Below, piece after piece: positions 1 through 13,671 of a stretch of 64,000 nucleotides of DNA. Each line of letters opens with the position of its first letter. The stretch's first letter is position 1. This DNA is from Eledone cirrhosa (lineage: Eukaryota). The position numbers and the translations under genes were made by a program. The stretch is from positions 63,302,001 through 63,366,000 of the forward strand of contig OZ024741.1 in NCBI GenBank assembly GCA_964016885.1, given 5' to 3'. The notes below the pieces were generated by a model. The model was not told the origin of the DNA, did not search any database, and was given only the letters and a program-made list of their open reading frames with translations.

Positions 1-1895
1 TCCCGTGTTACAAAGGACCAGTTACTTATTGATAAGATGGTAATGAGGAATTGAAAGAGGAGACACACTGGTCTTGCCATGGGATGGATAGACTACAAAA
101 AGGCATTTGACATGGTGCCTCATTCTTGGATCACCAAAAGCCTAGAGATCTTCAAGGTGGCAGATAACATCAGACAGTTGTTGGGCAAAAGTATGAAGTC
201 CTGGAATACAGAGTTAACATCAGCTGGAGAATCCTTGGGAGGCGTGAAAATCAATAGAGGTATATTCCAGGGAGATAGTTTGTCCCCTCTGTTGTTTGTC
301 CTTGCCCTGATGCCCCTAACCATTATACTGCGAAAAGTGAGAGCAGGATACAAGTTGGGAAAGGGAGGGCTTACCATCAATCACCACTTCATGGACGATG
401 TTAAGCTATTCGGGAAGAGTGAGAAGGATTTGGATGTGCTTGTTGACACTGTCAGTATTTTCAGCAATAATATATGTATGCAATTTGGTATTAGTAAGTG
501 TGGAGTCCTTGTGATGAATAGGGGTAAATTGAGAAGAAGCAACGGAATCCAGGTACCAACAGGTGAGATGATAAGGGAAATTGACACTGAAGAAGGATAC
601 AAGTATTTGGGTGTTCTGGAGGCTGATGACATCAAGAACAAAAAAATGAAGGAATTAATAAGGTCTGAATACATTCGGAGAGTAAGGAGCGTATTAAAGT
701 CACATCTGAACAGTAGGAATGCCATAAGTGCAGTAAATTCCCGAGCTGTGACTATTATTAGGTACAGTGCGGGGATTCTGAGATGGATTGTTGCTGAACA
801 AAAAGAAATGGATAGGATGACTAGGAAGCTATTGACTATCTACAACATGTTCCACAAGAGGAGTGATCTCGATAGACTCTACTTAAAGAGATTTGAAGGT
901 GGTAGGGGTCTTATCAGCATAGAGGACTGTGTTCAGATGGAGAAAAACAACCGACACAAATACGTGACTGATAGTAAGGAGCCAATGCTCACAATTGTCC
1001 TGAAGGAGAGGACAATAGACCAGGGGATGTCCAAGGAGCTAATAACAACAAGGAGGAAGAGCAGCCTTCATGAAAAATCCCTTCATAGTACCTTCTTTGA
1101 GAAAACTGAATTCAGAGATCCACAGACATGGAACTGGTTGAAAAGGGGAGACCTTAAAAAGGCTACAGAAGGAATGCTAATGGCTGCGCAAGAGCAGGCC
1201 CTCAAAACGAAGTGGTTGAAACACCATATTTACAAGGAGGAGGCTAGTCCTCTGTGCAGGATCTGTGGAGAGAGGAGACTGTGGCTCACATTGTATCCGA
1301 GTGTAAACACCTAGCTCAGACTCACTATAAAGGCTGGAGACATGATGTGATGGGCAGGGTGATCCACTGGCATCTGTGCAAAGTAAACAATTTACCACAT
1401 TCTGAGAAGTGTCATGAGCATAAGGCAGAGTCGGTGATAGAAAACGATCAGGTGAAGGTGCTGTGGGATTTTAGGATACAGACGGACGAGAAACTGGTGG
1501 TTTTGGACAAGGAAAAAAGATCGTGCCTGACTGTGGATGTGACCTGCCCATTCGACACGAGAGTGCAAGAGAAGGAGAGGGAGAAAATTAACCGATACCA
1601 GGACTTAAAGTGGGAGGTAAAAAGGATTTGGAACTGCCATGAAGTCAAAGTGGTCCCGATTGTCATAGGCGCACTAGGTACTATCTCAAAAAGTTTCCAG
1701 GGATGGTTAAAGAAAATTGGCCTCGCCACGCTTTTTGGAACGCTTGAAAAGGCATGCTTGCTGGGAACAGCAAGAACCCTCCGATACGTCCTGAATATCT
1801 GAGGCTGCAGGTAGTGGCTTGATATTCATTTCAACAAACTTTCCAGTTAACTAACATCAATGACTGAGACTCAATAATAATAATAATAATAATAA
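1..1895 (+). mobile_element. R4/Dong-clade non-LTR retrotransposon, family A, 3' half (RT, CCHC, restriction-like endonuclease), degenerate
   Basis: RT motifs [31 protein letters not shown]; CRICG..ETVAHIVSEC..RHD knuckle; RLE-type C-terminus DVTCPFD..EKINRYQDL..VPIVIGALG. Frameshift near 1270, stop at 1802, short 3' UTR, (TAA)n tail ~1874-1895. Confidence 0.93.
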
Positions 1896-3390
1896 CACTC
1901 GACAATAGGTAAAGGATAAGGAAGGAATGTTACCGTAGAGTAAGAGCAATCTTAAGAACGGAATTGAATGCAAGGAATAGGATCGATGCCATAAACACCC
2001 TTGCCATCCCAGTAGTAACCTACAGTTACAATGTCATCAACTGGTCAAGCACAGAGATCCGTAGGCTCGATACAAAAATTAGAAAATTCTTAACCATGCA
2101 TAGAATACATCACCCTAAGGCAGATACAGATAGAATATATCTCCCTGGCAAAGAAGGAGGACGCAGGTTAATCGAGTTAGACATTGCGTTGAAAACTGTA
2201 ACAATTGGATTATCTACATATCTAAGGGAATCACATGATCGGATGTTCAAACTCGTTTTAAAACACGAAAGCATCAAAAGATCATACTCCTTTACAAAAG
2301 ATGCACAAAGATACAGTAAAGGACTACAAATTTCAGAAGTCCCATTTACTGCTGAAATGGAAAACACAGAAAAAGCAAATCAGGTAAAAGTAACTGCAAA
2401 GAAAGAACTGCTACAGAAACTGGCTAAGAAATGGAAAGAAAAGCCTCTGTATGGAAAATATCCAGAAAGAGCTAACAATCCTGATGTTGACAAAACTTTA
2501 ACCCATCAGTGGTTGGCATCCTTTGGACTGAAATCGGAGTCTGAAGGACTGATTATATCAGCACAAGATCAGTGTCTGCCAACAAACAATTACCAAGCCA
2601 ACATAATAAAAAATGGATGCAGCCCATTATGCCGTGTATGTAAAAAGAACCAGAGACCATTGATCATATAATTTCAATGTGCAGTCCTATAGCTCCAACC
2701 GAATACCTAAACAGGCATGACAGAGCTGCACAATACATACATTGGATAATGTGTAAGCATTTTGACCTGCCCCATCAAAAGAATTGGTGGGAGCATAAAC
2801 CACCTCCCATACTTGAAAAAGATCACATCTCAATCTTGTGGAACTTTAGCATCCAAACAGACCGAAAAATAGATGCTAATAGACCTGATATAATATTGAA
2901 GGACTTTAAAAAGGGGGTATGCCTGCTAATTGATATGTCCGTTCCAATAGACAAGAATGTATCTATAAAAACATTTGAAAAATTGAGCAAGTATAAGGAC
3001 CTGGAGATAGAAATTGGAAAAATGTGGAAATTGAGAACTAAAACAATACCAGTGGTTGTGGGCGCTCTAGGAATGATAACTAAGGGGTCTAATGATTACT
3101 TATCGTAAATCCCAGGAAACCCGCGTATAGGAGAAATACAAAAGATAGTACTAATGGGAACTGCCCATATACTAAGGAAGATTCTGTCAATATAAGTACA
3201 TCACAAGTCTAAACACCTAAAGATGCATGTGTGTGTATGTATGTTCTTTCTTGAACATGGCGGACCTTGTTGTCTCTTGAGGTCACTGGTTGTGACATGG
3301 TGATAACTCGTATGAACATAAAGCAAGATAAATGCAACTATAATAATAATTTAAAAAAAAATAATAATAATAATAAAAATAATAATAATA
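1896..3390 (+). mobile_element. R4/Dong-clade retrotransposon, second family, 5'-truncated, abutting the TAA tail of the previous copy
   Basis: ORFs 1964-2671 and 2677-3108 carry RT thumb (HHPKADTDRIYLP..GGRRL), AQDQCL, CRVC, RHD and NRPDII..IDMSVP..KLSKYKDL. Terminal stop ~3195, (TAA)n-like tail ~3340-3390. Confidence 0.9.
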
Positions 3391-3634
3391 AGGGAAGGGG
3401 ACGCAGATGGTGGATATAGTGTTATGGAACCGCTCCCGTAAGTTTTTGATTTTTACGTATTTAAAACAACTGTAATAGAATAATTCTCATTACAAATGGA
3501 ACATAAGATTACAGTTTTACTCTCAGCAAGCGACAACGCATCACATAGCATAGGGCCCCAATATTTAATATTTAATTTTGGATCAGAAATGTCATAGACA
3601 AAAAGAGGAAAATGGCTACGTGGATAAAAGGAAA

Positions 3635-4000
3635 ATAATTTCACCACCAACACCACCACCGCTGCCGCCACCATCACCACTACCACACAAAAAAATCTAG
3701 CCAAACCAACTGTTACTTCAACTTCAACACCCTCACTACAGTACTACTATCACAACACCACCACCACCACTGCATCATTATCGCTACCGCCGCTATTCTC
3801 TACCACTACATCCTGTTAAGACAGAGGGATAGTAGTATTCCCACTAAGTGAGGAAGGTATCAAAAGATATAAATAGACTGATTTGATGACCCGGTCAGAG
3901 GCAACAACAACAACAACAAAAATATTATTGCTGCTGTACCTCTAAAACTCCCTCAAAGTGTTTAGTTTAAACGATGTCAAATCTAAACTATAATATAATA
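3635..4000 (+). repeat. ~370-bp segment homologous to the reverse complement of ~46500-46860, upstream of both long Dong copies
   Basis: Shared blocks such as GAGGAAGGTATCAAAAGATATAAATAGACTGATTT, TGACCCGGTCA and GTTTAGTTTAAACGATGTCAA.TCTAAACTATAATATAATAAT. Confidence 0.85.
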
Positions 4001-4002
4001 AT

Positions 4003-4085
4003 GATAATTGTTTCTATTTTTTTTCTTTCTTTGGCGCATGACCGGCAATTGCCCAGTGCGTTGCTGGTGCTTTGTTTTATCCTAT
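4003..4085 (-). mobile_element. Degenerate 3' fragment of SINE family 1
   Basis: ATAATTGTTTCTA..TTGGCGCATGACCGGCAATTGCCCAGTGCGTTGCTGGTGCTTTGTTTTATC resembles the other SINE-1 copies. Confidence 0.6.
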
Positions 4086-7000
4086 TTATTTGTTTATTTA
4101 TTTATGTTCGTCTACAGCGTGATAGTGCCACGCTAAAATCACCGGGGGTGATCAAATCACTGGGGGTGATAAAATCACCGGTGGATATGTAACCATACAT
4201 TCACCAATCCTCGATATGAGTGTTTAAATGTCGAACCTAAACAGTTCGAATAACGGTGAAGTAGAGACTGGAATGTCATGTGACAGACTCTCACCCTGCA
4301 GGTGGTCCCTAGCCCAGCAGCAGGGACCTGGCTGTCATCCAAATACTGCTGGTGTTGGAGGAAGAAGGAAAGGGACCAGAACCAACTGGACGAAAGAATT
4401 GAATAGAACTGTTATGCAATGTTACCCGAAGAGTAACCCCAAGGAAAAAGACTATACATAACATCTGGAACGAGATTGGTCTATTTAAATTAGATGAACA
4501 AAAATTGGCCGGGCAGGCTCGGGTAATAAGAACTAATGGGTGGATAAGCGAGCTGGAACTGGAGGAACTCAGCAGAGAGATTAGGTTGGAAATGGAGAGT
4601 GGTGTATGCCAGGCAAACGAGCCAGTGGGAAATGAAGGTGAAGAGGTTGAGAGAACGGAGGAGGCATCCGAAGCAGACAATAATCTGAATGCTGAAATAA
4701 ATAATACGGTCATTGAGGAAATGAATGCTGACGGGCTAGGACAAGATATGGTTGATATCCTAAACTTAGTGGTAGATGAAATGAACAATGATAGTGGAAA
4801 ACTTATGAACCTAAGATTTGTAGACAGGAAAAAGTTAAAAGAAACAACAGCTAAGGTAAACAAAGTCATCCCATACCTTGAGGCGATGAACCTTCACCAG
4901 TGCAACAATATCCTCAAAGCAACAGCAAATGCGGTGAGGAAATTACTTGGCATAAAAGCGAGAGGAAACAACAAACAAGAAAGATCAGAACCTTGGTGGA
5001 AGAAACGACTGAATGGTCAAATCAGAAAAAGGAGAAATGACATTGGAAAGCTTGAGTCCCTACTGAATGGGACACTACAAAACATAGACACTACAAATAG
5101 ACTGGAAATAAAGTACAAAACTAGGAGGAAAAAGCTAAATATTATCATAGAGGAACTGAAGCAACACATTGTAGAAAAGAACGCAAAGATTAGGCGATAC
5201 GAGAGCAGAGTCAGTCACTATAGACAGAACCGCATGTTTGACAACAACCAGAAGATGTTGTTTGGACAGCTTGAAGGGAAAGAAAGAGGCAACGACTTGA
5301 TCCCTGGGGCGGAACAGACTATGACATTCTGGAGAGGAATATAGGAGCAGGATGTTAAACATAATGATCAGGCAGTGTGGATTGAGACAGTACAAAAGGA
5401 GCTTAGTGAACAGGTACACCAACAAACTGATTTGAGTATCACAGTTGAAACTCTTAAGGGGCAGGCCAGAAAACTAACGAAGTGGAAATCACCAGGCCCA
5501 GATGGTGTGCAGGGGTATTGGATTAAAAATATAACATCCCTCCACTCGAAACTGACAACCATGTTCAATGACTGCTTGATGTCACGTGAGGTACCAGAGT
5601 GGTTGACAAAACGTACCACAGATCTGGTAATGAAAGACCGAACCAAGGGTAATGATGTTACCAACTATAGACCTATCACATGTCTGTCCGTAATGTTGAA
5701 ACTGTTAACAAGCATAGTGTCTGAGGAAATCTAACATCACCTCCACATAAACAACTTGATACCGGACAAACAGAAAGGATGCCCAAAGAAGTCCCGTGAT
5801 ACAAAGGACCAGTTACTTATTGATAAGATGGTAATGGGGAATTGCAGGAGGAGACACACTGGTCTTGACATGGGATGGATAGACTACAAAAAGGCATTCG
5901 ACATGGTAACCAAAAGCCTAGAGATCTTCAAGGTGGCAGGTAACATCACACAGTTGTTGAGCAAAAGTATGAAGTCCTGGAAAACAGAGTTAACATCGGG
6001 CGGAGAATCCTTAGGAGGCGTGAAGATCAAGAGAGGTATCTTCCATGGAGATAGTTTGTCCCCTCTGTTGATTGTCCTTGCCCTGATCCCCCTGACCATT
6101 ATACTGCGAAAAGTGAGAGCAGGATACAAGTTGGGAAAGGGAGAGCTTACCATCAATCACCTCCTCTTCCTGGACGATCTTAAGCTCTTCGGGAAGAGTG
6201 AGAAGGAGTTGGATGTGCTTGTTGACACTGTCCGTATTTTCAGCAGTGATATATGTATGCAATTTGGTATTAGTAAGTATGGTCTCCTTGTGATGAAGAG
6301 GGGTAAATTGAGCAGAAGAAACGGAATCCAGGTAACAACAGGTGAGATGATAAAGGAAATTGATACTGAAGAAGGATACAAATATTTATGTGTTCTAGAG
6401 GCCGATGACATCAAGAACAAAAAAATGAAGGAATTGATAAGATCTGAATACATTCGGAGAGTAAGGAGCGTATTAAAGTCACATCTGAACAGTAGGAATG
6501 CCATAAGTGCAGTAAATACCCGAGCTGTGTCTATTATTAGGTACAGTGCGGGAATTCTGAGATGGAATGTTGCTGAACAAAAAGAAATGGATAGGAAGAC
6601 TAGGAAGCTATTGACTATCTACAACATGTTCCACAAGAGGAGTGATGTCGATAGACTCTACTTAAGGTGATCTGAAAGTGGAAGAGGTCTTATCTGCATA
6701 GAGGACTGTGTTCAGATGGAGAAAAACAATCGACACAAATACGTGACTAATAGTAGGGAGCCAATGCTCACAATTGTATTGAAGGAGAGGACATTAGACC
6801 AGGGGATGTCCAAGTAGGAAATAACAACAAGGAGAGAGAGCAACCTTCATGAAATATCTCTTCATAGTACCTTCTTTGAGAAAACTGAATTTAGAGATCC
6901 ACAGACATGGAACTGGTTGAAAAGAGGAGACCTTAAAAAGGCTACAGAAGGAATGCTAATGGCTGCGCAAGAGCAGGCCCTCAAAATGAAGTGGCTGAAA

Positions 7001-7700
7001 CACCATATTTACAAGGAGGATGCTAGCCCACTGTGTAGGATCTGTGGAGAGAGAGAGGAGACTGTGGCTCACATTGTATCCGAGTGTAACACCTAGACCA
7101 AACTCACTATAAAGGTTTGAGACATGATGTGATGAGCAGGGTGATCCACTGGCACCTATGCAAAGTAAACAATTTACCACATTCTGAGAAGTGATATGAG
7201 CATAAGCCAGAGTCGGTGATAGAAAACGATCAGGTGAAGGTGCTGTGGGATTTTAGGATACAGACGGACAAGAAACTGGAACACAATAGACCTGACCTGG
7301 TGGTTTTGGACAGGGAAAAAAGATCGTGCCTGATTGTCGATGTAGCCTGCCCATTCGACACGAGAGTGCACGAGAAGGATAGGGAGAAAATTAACCGATA
7401 CCAGGACTTAAAGTGGGAGGTAAAAAGGATTTGGAACTGCCATGAGGTCAAAGTGGTCCCGATTGTCATAGGCGTACTAGGTACTATCTCACAGAGTTTC
7501 CAAGGATGGTTAAAGAAAATTGATCCCGCCCCGCTTTTTGGAACATTTCAAAAGGCATGCTTGCTGGGAACAGCAAGAACCCTCCGATACGTCCTGAATA
7601 TCTGAGGCTGCAGGTAGTGGCTTGATATTCATTTCAACAAACTTTCCAGTTAAATAACATCAATGACTGAGACTCAAAGAACAATAATAATAATAATAAT
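4086..7700 (+). mobile_element. Near full-length R4/Dong-clade retrotransposon, family A (single ORF, pseudogenised)
   Basis: 5' UTR with hairpin repeats, ATG 4228 (MSNLN..NWTKELN), [47 protein letters not shown]. Stop at 7605, TAA tail. Several stops and frameshifts. Confidence 0.95.
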
Positions 7701-7887
7701 ATTCGATTAGTTTGATGAAAGGAAATAACCCAGAAATATGTCGAGTGTTCCTCGAAGCTACCGTTTAATAAACGGATGACGATAGTCATCAAAGGCAAAG
7801 TATAGGGAGGCCGTTTGCTTAAAAAAATCGATTATTATTATTATTGTTCGATATAACTAATACTTACTCTACATAACCTTTTTGGTA

Positions 7888-8010
7888 TAGACCAGCAATT
7901 TCGAGGAAGGTGAAAGTCAATTATATCGACCACAATGGTATTTTATTTTATCGAGACCGGAAGGATGAAAGGCAAAATTGTCCTCTGTGGGTTTTGAATT
8001 CAGAAATTAG
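7888..8010 (-). mobile_element. Old degenerate SINE (family 1-related)
   Basis: TTTTATTTTATCGAGACCGGAAGGATGAAAGGCAAA..TTTGAATTCAGA matches the SINE-1 core. Confidence 0.65.
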
Positions 8011-8285
8011 AAAGTTTTAATTAAATAACATGAGTACCTTGTCCGACGTCTACCAGCACAGTCAATCTACCACCCTTAATAGTTCTAATTTCTAGCATAA
8101 AATCAAGTTTACATATTTTGGAGGAATATATATGATATAAGACTGGTACTATTGTTCTGACTTATGAAACAAAGCTGACTTCAATATGGTATTAGCAAAT
8201 CTCATAATTGTATATAACTAAATACTTAACTAAGTAATAGTAAAGGAAACATAAAAAAAATGTATAATAATGATAATAATTATTA

Positions 8286-8364
<79 letters not shown>
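8286..8364. repeat. (TAG)n microsatellite
   Basis: Direct tandem TAG repeats. Confidence 0.97.
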
Positions 8365-8366
<2 letters not shown>

Positions 8367-9100
8367 AATTGTTCAAATATGTCGATTCTGCGATGAGCAA
8401 AAATTAGAATTGACCCAAAGTGTTGATTCTGTGATGTATGTTGAGACCATTGACCACTTGGTTTCAGGTTTCGAAGTATTAGCTCTTCAGGAATATAAAA
8501 CGAGGCATGATAGAGTGGGGTAATAAATACACTGGGTAATGTGCAGGTTTTATGTCCTGAAAACAGAGTGAATATTGTACCAAATCCTATCGGTATTCCC
8601 TGTGAATTCTGACAGAACAATCAAGACCAACATACCTGATGTAATTGTGAAAGATCATAAGGAGAAAATATGTTTTTTAATTGACATGAGCATTCCATCA
8701 GATCGTAACATAACCTCGAAAGAGTTCAGAAAGCTCAGTAAGTATAAAGATCTATCAATTGAAATTGAGAACGCCTGGTATCTTAAAGCCTGTACAAATC
8801 GGCGCACTTAGAATGATAAAAAAAAATAACTGAAAAATACCGAATACCTAGAAAGCCATCTCTGCAAGATATACAGAAAATAGTGCTGACTGGTACTGTC
8901 CTTGTCTTGGGAAGTGTATTATCAGTTTAAAAACCTTGCAATGAGTATTTACTGTTGTGTGTCTCTTTGTGACATCATTTGTATGATAAATGATTGTAAA
9001 ATATGTGTATTACTAGATCTTGCCTCGGACGTCAGGTTGACTCTCGGCATGATTTGAGAAAAAAAGCAGCATTGAAAGGAAGTTTCAAATAATGATAATA
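8365..9100 (+). mobile_element. Degenerate 3' fragment of an R4/Dong-like LINE
   Basis: ICRFC..ETIDHLVSG..EYKTRHDRVG and DRTIKTNIPDVIVKD..IDMSIPSD..KLSKYKDL; many lesions. Confidence 0.8.
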
Positions 9101-9102
9101 AT

Positions 9103-9420
9103 CATGAATTACAAACTTGATGGTGAACCCATTTATGATTATAGGGAGAACTGTGTTGTGATTGAAAGAAGCAGGATAAATGCCGTGAAAAACATTCCCC
9201 AAATATCTTGCTTCCATTAGTGTGGAAGTTAATAACAAGTGTTTTGGCTGAAGTTATGTATGAGTTTTTTGATAGACAAGGAAAAATACCAGGTGAACAG
9301 AAGGGGTGTAAGAAAGACAATAGATGAACAAAGGATCAACTACTAATTGCCAAAAAGACATTAAAAGATAGTTAGAGACACACCAGTTTAGCAATGGCTT
9401 GGATAGTCTATGAAAATTGA
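9103..9420 (+). mobile_element. Degenerate R4/Dong RT N-terminal fragment
   Basis: Translates to IPGEQKGCKK..TKDQLLI..LAMAWI, homologous to family [22 protein letters not shown]. Confidence 0.65.
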
Positions 9421-10838
9421 ATCTAGTATTAAAGACTATAAAAATTGAAGTTAGTGTTAAAGTCAGTATTAAATGGAAGGAATAACATTCTGTCTATGAA
9501 CACATGGACCGGAGTTTGAACTGAACACAAGAAAAAGTGGGGCTTTAGAATATGTTTAATATGTGTGGCGCATAACAATCAAGAAATAATATTGTTAGTC
9601 AGTATTCTCACAAGGAATATCTGACGAAGTAATTTGATTGGATGCGAAGACTCTATACAAAATAAAGAAAATAGTTTAGAGTGGTGTGTTCGAAGAAGAA
9701 GAAGAAGAAGAAGAAGATTGAAAGGTCAATCGGCAGGAGTTAATCACAAAAACGAAATGCTTCAGAATAAAATAACACATTTAATTTAGCTGTGATGCCG
9801 GTGAAACTATAGAATAGTTATAGTTGGGAAGCCTCTCATCATAGCGCAGTTCTGAGTTTATACAATAACGACAAAAAAGAATATAAATTTAGCGACAATG
9901 TATGAAATATCTATTACTTTAATCAAGAAATATGTTACATTAACCATGCAACTACTGTCTGTTCTTGTATAATACACTCGGCGTCCAATGTGTAAATTTC
10001 CTCCAATACATTTGTCACTTTTGTCAATAGCATTGATATATTAACGCACTACACTAGAGGATTTCTTTTGCGAACAAATTTGTAGACGTCTGATTCAGTT
10101 ACATTTATATTAATATCTAAACATCATCTCAATTCGAAACTCTTATTTTAAACTAAAGAGTTTGAATTGATGTCACACCGGCGCTTCTTTTAATGTATAA
10201 CTAGATAGGTTAGACAAAATCTCATTTTAAATATGGTATTTCTCGAATTCTTTTTTCTCAAGCATTAGATTGATTCTACGATATATCTGTATCCAAGTAT
10301 GTGGAGCATGATAATAGGCTCATCTTTCATTTTTTTTTTATTTCATGCATTTCATTTAAGTCAATATTTAATCATTTAAGTTTCATCTATATCAATATAA
10401 CCGGTGATGAATATTAAACCTTCAAATATACCGCCCACTAAAGAACAGTTGTTGTTTTTTTCATATTTTAATTGATTTAATGCAGATGTAAATGTAACTG
10501 AGTAGTTACAGGTTTTGACTCCCATCTATCGGACTGTTGTTTGAACATATGATTGTTTCATCTTGTTAGATAAGAGCCACCTTATATCTATTGTTCAGTC
10601 AGGTTTTTTTCACTTCTTATTTTCACATGTTTTCGGAATTACTGCTAAAGATTAGTTGAAGATTTTTCATACGTTCTATAATCTAATTTGCCAAAAACTG
10701 TACAATATTTTATATTTTACGTATAAATGGATTTTAGCACCTAGGTATCATCTCTATGACAATGAACTCATAAGAAATAGGCGCATACCCAGAAAGTCTA
10801 ATATGGTGCCATAGACGAAGATGCTATATATATATATA

Positions 10839-10907
<69 letters not shown>

Positions 10908-12002
10908 TGCGTGGTTCGATACTTTGTAGATGCATGTGTCCACTTCTTTCCGTCTTCAGAGGTACTTTTCCCGATTTTCTTACCTATTATTTGTAGGGAT
11001 TGACTATTGATATGGTCATTTGCACGCACATACGCATGAGAATTACAAAAGGAGTAATAATTCAATAAACTGGGATATGGCAAAAAACATTACCAATACT
11101 AAATTAAGCAAATCAACCATATAAATATCTAAATAATTGAATAATTACAAATATCAAACTACAGAAGCCATAGCCATTACCACCGGCCTTTATTGTTATG
11201 CTGTATATTTTAAAAACTGTTTATTTGATGGCTGACAAAAAGGCAATGATTTATGCTGATTAATGTTCCTTGCTCAAGATGGTAAATTAAATTTATACTG
11301 ATTAGGGTCATCCCAGCAATAATTACATAATTATACACCATTATGTGTGTCAATCAGCTGAAAATGAGATTAGTTTATACAAGATACAATTACAGTGAGT
11401 AAAATTATATTTAATTTATAATTGAATCAATCCACTTGATTTAAAATTAAGTTAGTGGAATCTAAATTACATATAAATTTAAAATATATAAATAAATAAA
11501 ATATTCATCATTTAATAGAGTTATCGTCGAATAGTCTTATATTATGTCAAACTGTATTAAATGAGACTTATGTGGTAATCAGCTTACAACAATCGTTATC
11601 TCCAATTGGATAGACGTGACTTTCATATATATTCTTTTTAAGAATAGGTATATTGTGAAATGAGCTTCAGAAATAATTTGCGCTGGTATGTTAATAACTA
11701 ATAACATAATGTCATATTCTGGTAGACATTGAAGTTAAAGTAAGATTTTGTGCGTACCTTTCAAATATTAATGAACCTAATCTATTGTAATTGTTTTGAA
11801 AAATTCAGATACTACATCGTAATGTTTTGAGACATTGGACTTTGAATGATTCCTGCGAGGTAACCACAAGTATTGGCTTATGTCAACAACAATCTGGGAA
11901 CAATTTATATTTAGAAACTCTAATATAATTGTGAGCGTTATTTTCTGGCACAACTGAAAACAAACCTTTGCAGGATATGCTAATTTACTAAGAACCACCT
12001 GC

Positions 12003-12187
<185 letters not shown>

Positions 12188-13671
12188 TTTGTTAGCCAGG
12201 TAGCTTTATCTGACAGTCAAACGAAGTGACCAAGCTGAAACTCCGAACTTACTGCTACTTTTCTACTTCGAAAATACATCTCGACACTCTAGTCACCAAT
12301 ATTGTGTGGTAATTCGGTTAATATTTGAATATTGTAAATACTGCAGTATTCTAAACTCATACTATATGTATGTGTGATAGCGTATGCGTGCCGGTGTGTG
12401 TGTATGAGAATGCATTAAAAAGTGATTGTTCCTTTAGATATCCCACAGCCAATGACGCAATTGTTCACCATTTGTGAAATAAAATACATATAGAAGTCAA
12501 CTAATCAGGACAGAAGCTTAACTTGCATATCTTGCATCTGTTCGTACAGCGCATCATTTATTATGTGTGGTAAAAGTTTAATTTACAGTCTTTATTCTGT
12601 ACAATGCTCAGAAGGTATCCTATTTGTAGATAATAAAAAAGATGGCGAATTTTATTCGAAATAAAGACACCACATTTCTTCAGTTTATTTCTATTCACTC
12701 ATCATTTTCTTGTACAGAAAGACAATAATATGTCAATCTTTATAAGAAAGATAACGTCTTCTGCAGTACCAATCTAGGCTTTTGCTTCTACTTTATATTT
12801 CAATTCCTTCCTTATCCTATTTTATATTTTTGATTCATACTTAATCCTTTTTATGTTTCTTACTTATTTACATCTTAATAGCTTTTGTTCTTTTTCCCTT
12901 ACTTTCCCTTACTTTCACTCTTTCAATCTCATTCTCTTTCATTCCCTTCTTTTGGCTCTATCCTTGCACCCCTGCACTCATTAAATGTAGTTATTTGTTC
13001 ATTGTCGGTTTCATGATTCCAACATCTATATCTCCACTATTATAGGTTTACATTTCTCCCTCAATATTCAGCAAACCTTTAGTTCATTCCATCAGGTGAA
13101 CGGTCTACACCACGAAAGTACATTACATCTCAAAGCACTAAATCCACAATTTTCGAAAGAGCTTTGACAGTTAACAACTATGCACGAGTTACTCATCTAA
13201 TATTAATCTGAAGTAAAACTCAACGGGAGCGTGTATTTTATTGGTAACTTGATCCTTCCAAATTACACAATTATATGTATGCATTTCTCTCTCTCTCCTT
13301 GTGTGTATGTGTGTATGTGTGTGTGTGTATGTGTGTGTGTGTGTGTGTGGCTGTGTGTGTTTGTGCCTGTGTCTTTCTGTCTCTGTGTGTATAGAGACTG
13401 TGGTAATGAGATCGCGGACCCGAATCATGCCAACCATCCCACAATGCTGGCATTAATTGAAAGTCCGGCGACATTCAGGGATCGTCTGTACCTGTATATA
13501 TCACTGTTGTAACTAATTATACTTAAATCGTCCTATGGACCTGAGGGCTCTTACCCTTGGATATTTCTACCAAGCTTTTACTGCAGTATATATATATATG
13601 GTATACACAATCACAAACATACAGAAATACATGTATCAGAAACGAACGAACAAACGTATGTATGTATGTAT

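Noticed and set aside
120-725. Antisense ORFs conserved between Dong copies
   Set aside because: Explained by the A-rich sense-strand coding sequence shared among copies; no independent protein motif.
10905-10965. Minus-strand CTGAAGA...GAAC hammerhead-like motif
   Set aside because: GAAA is absent and stem I does not close.
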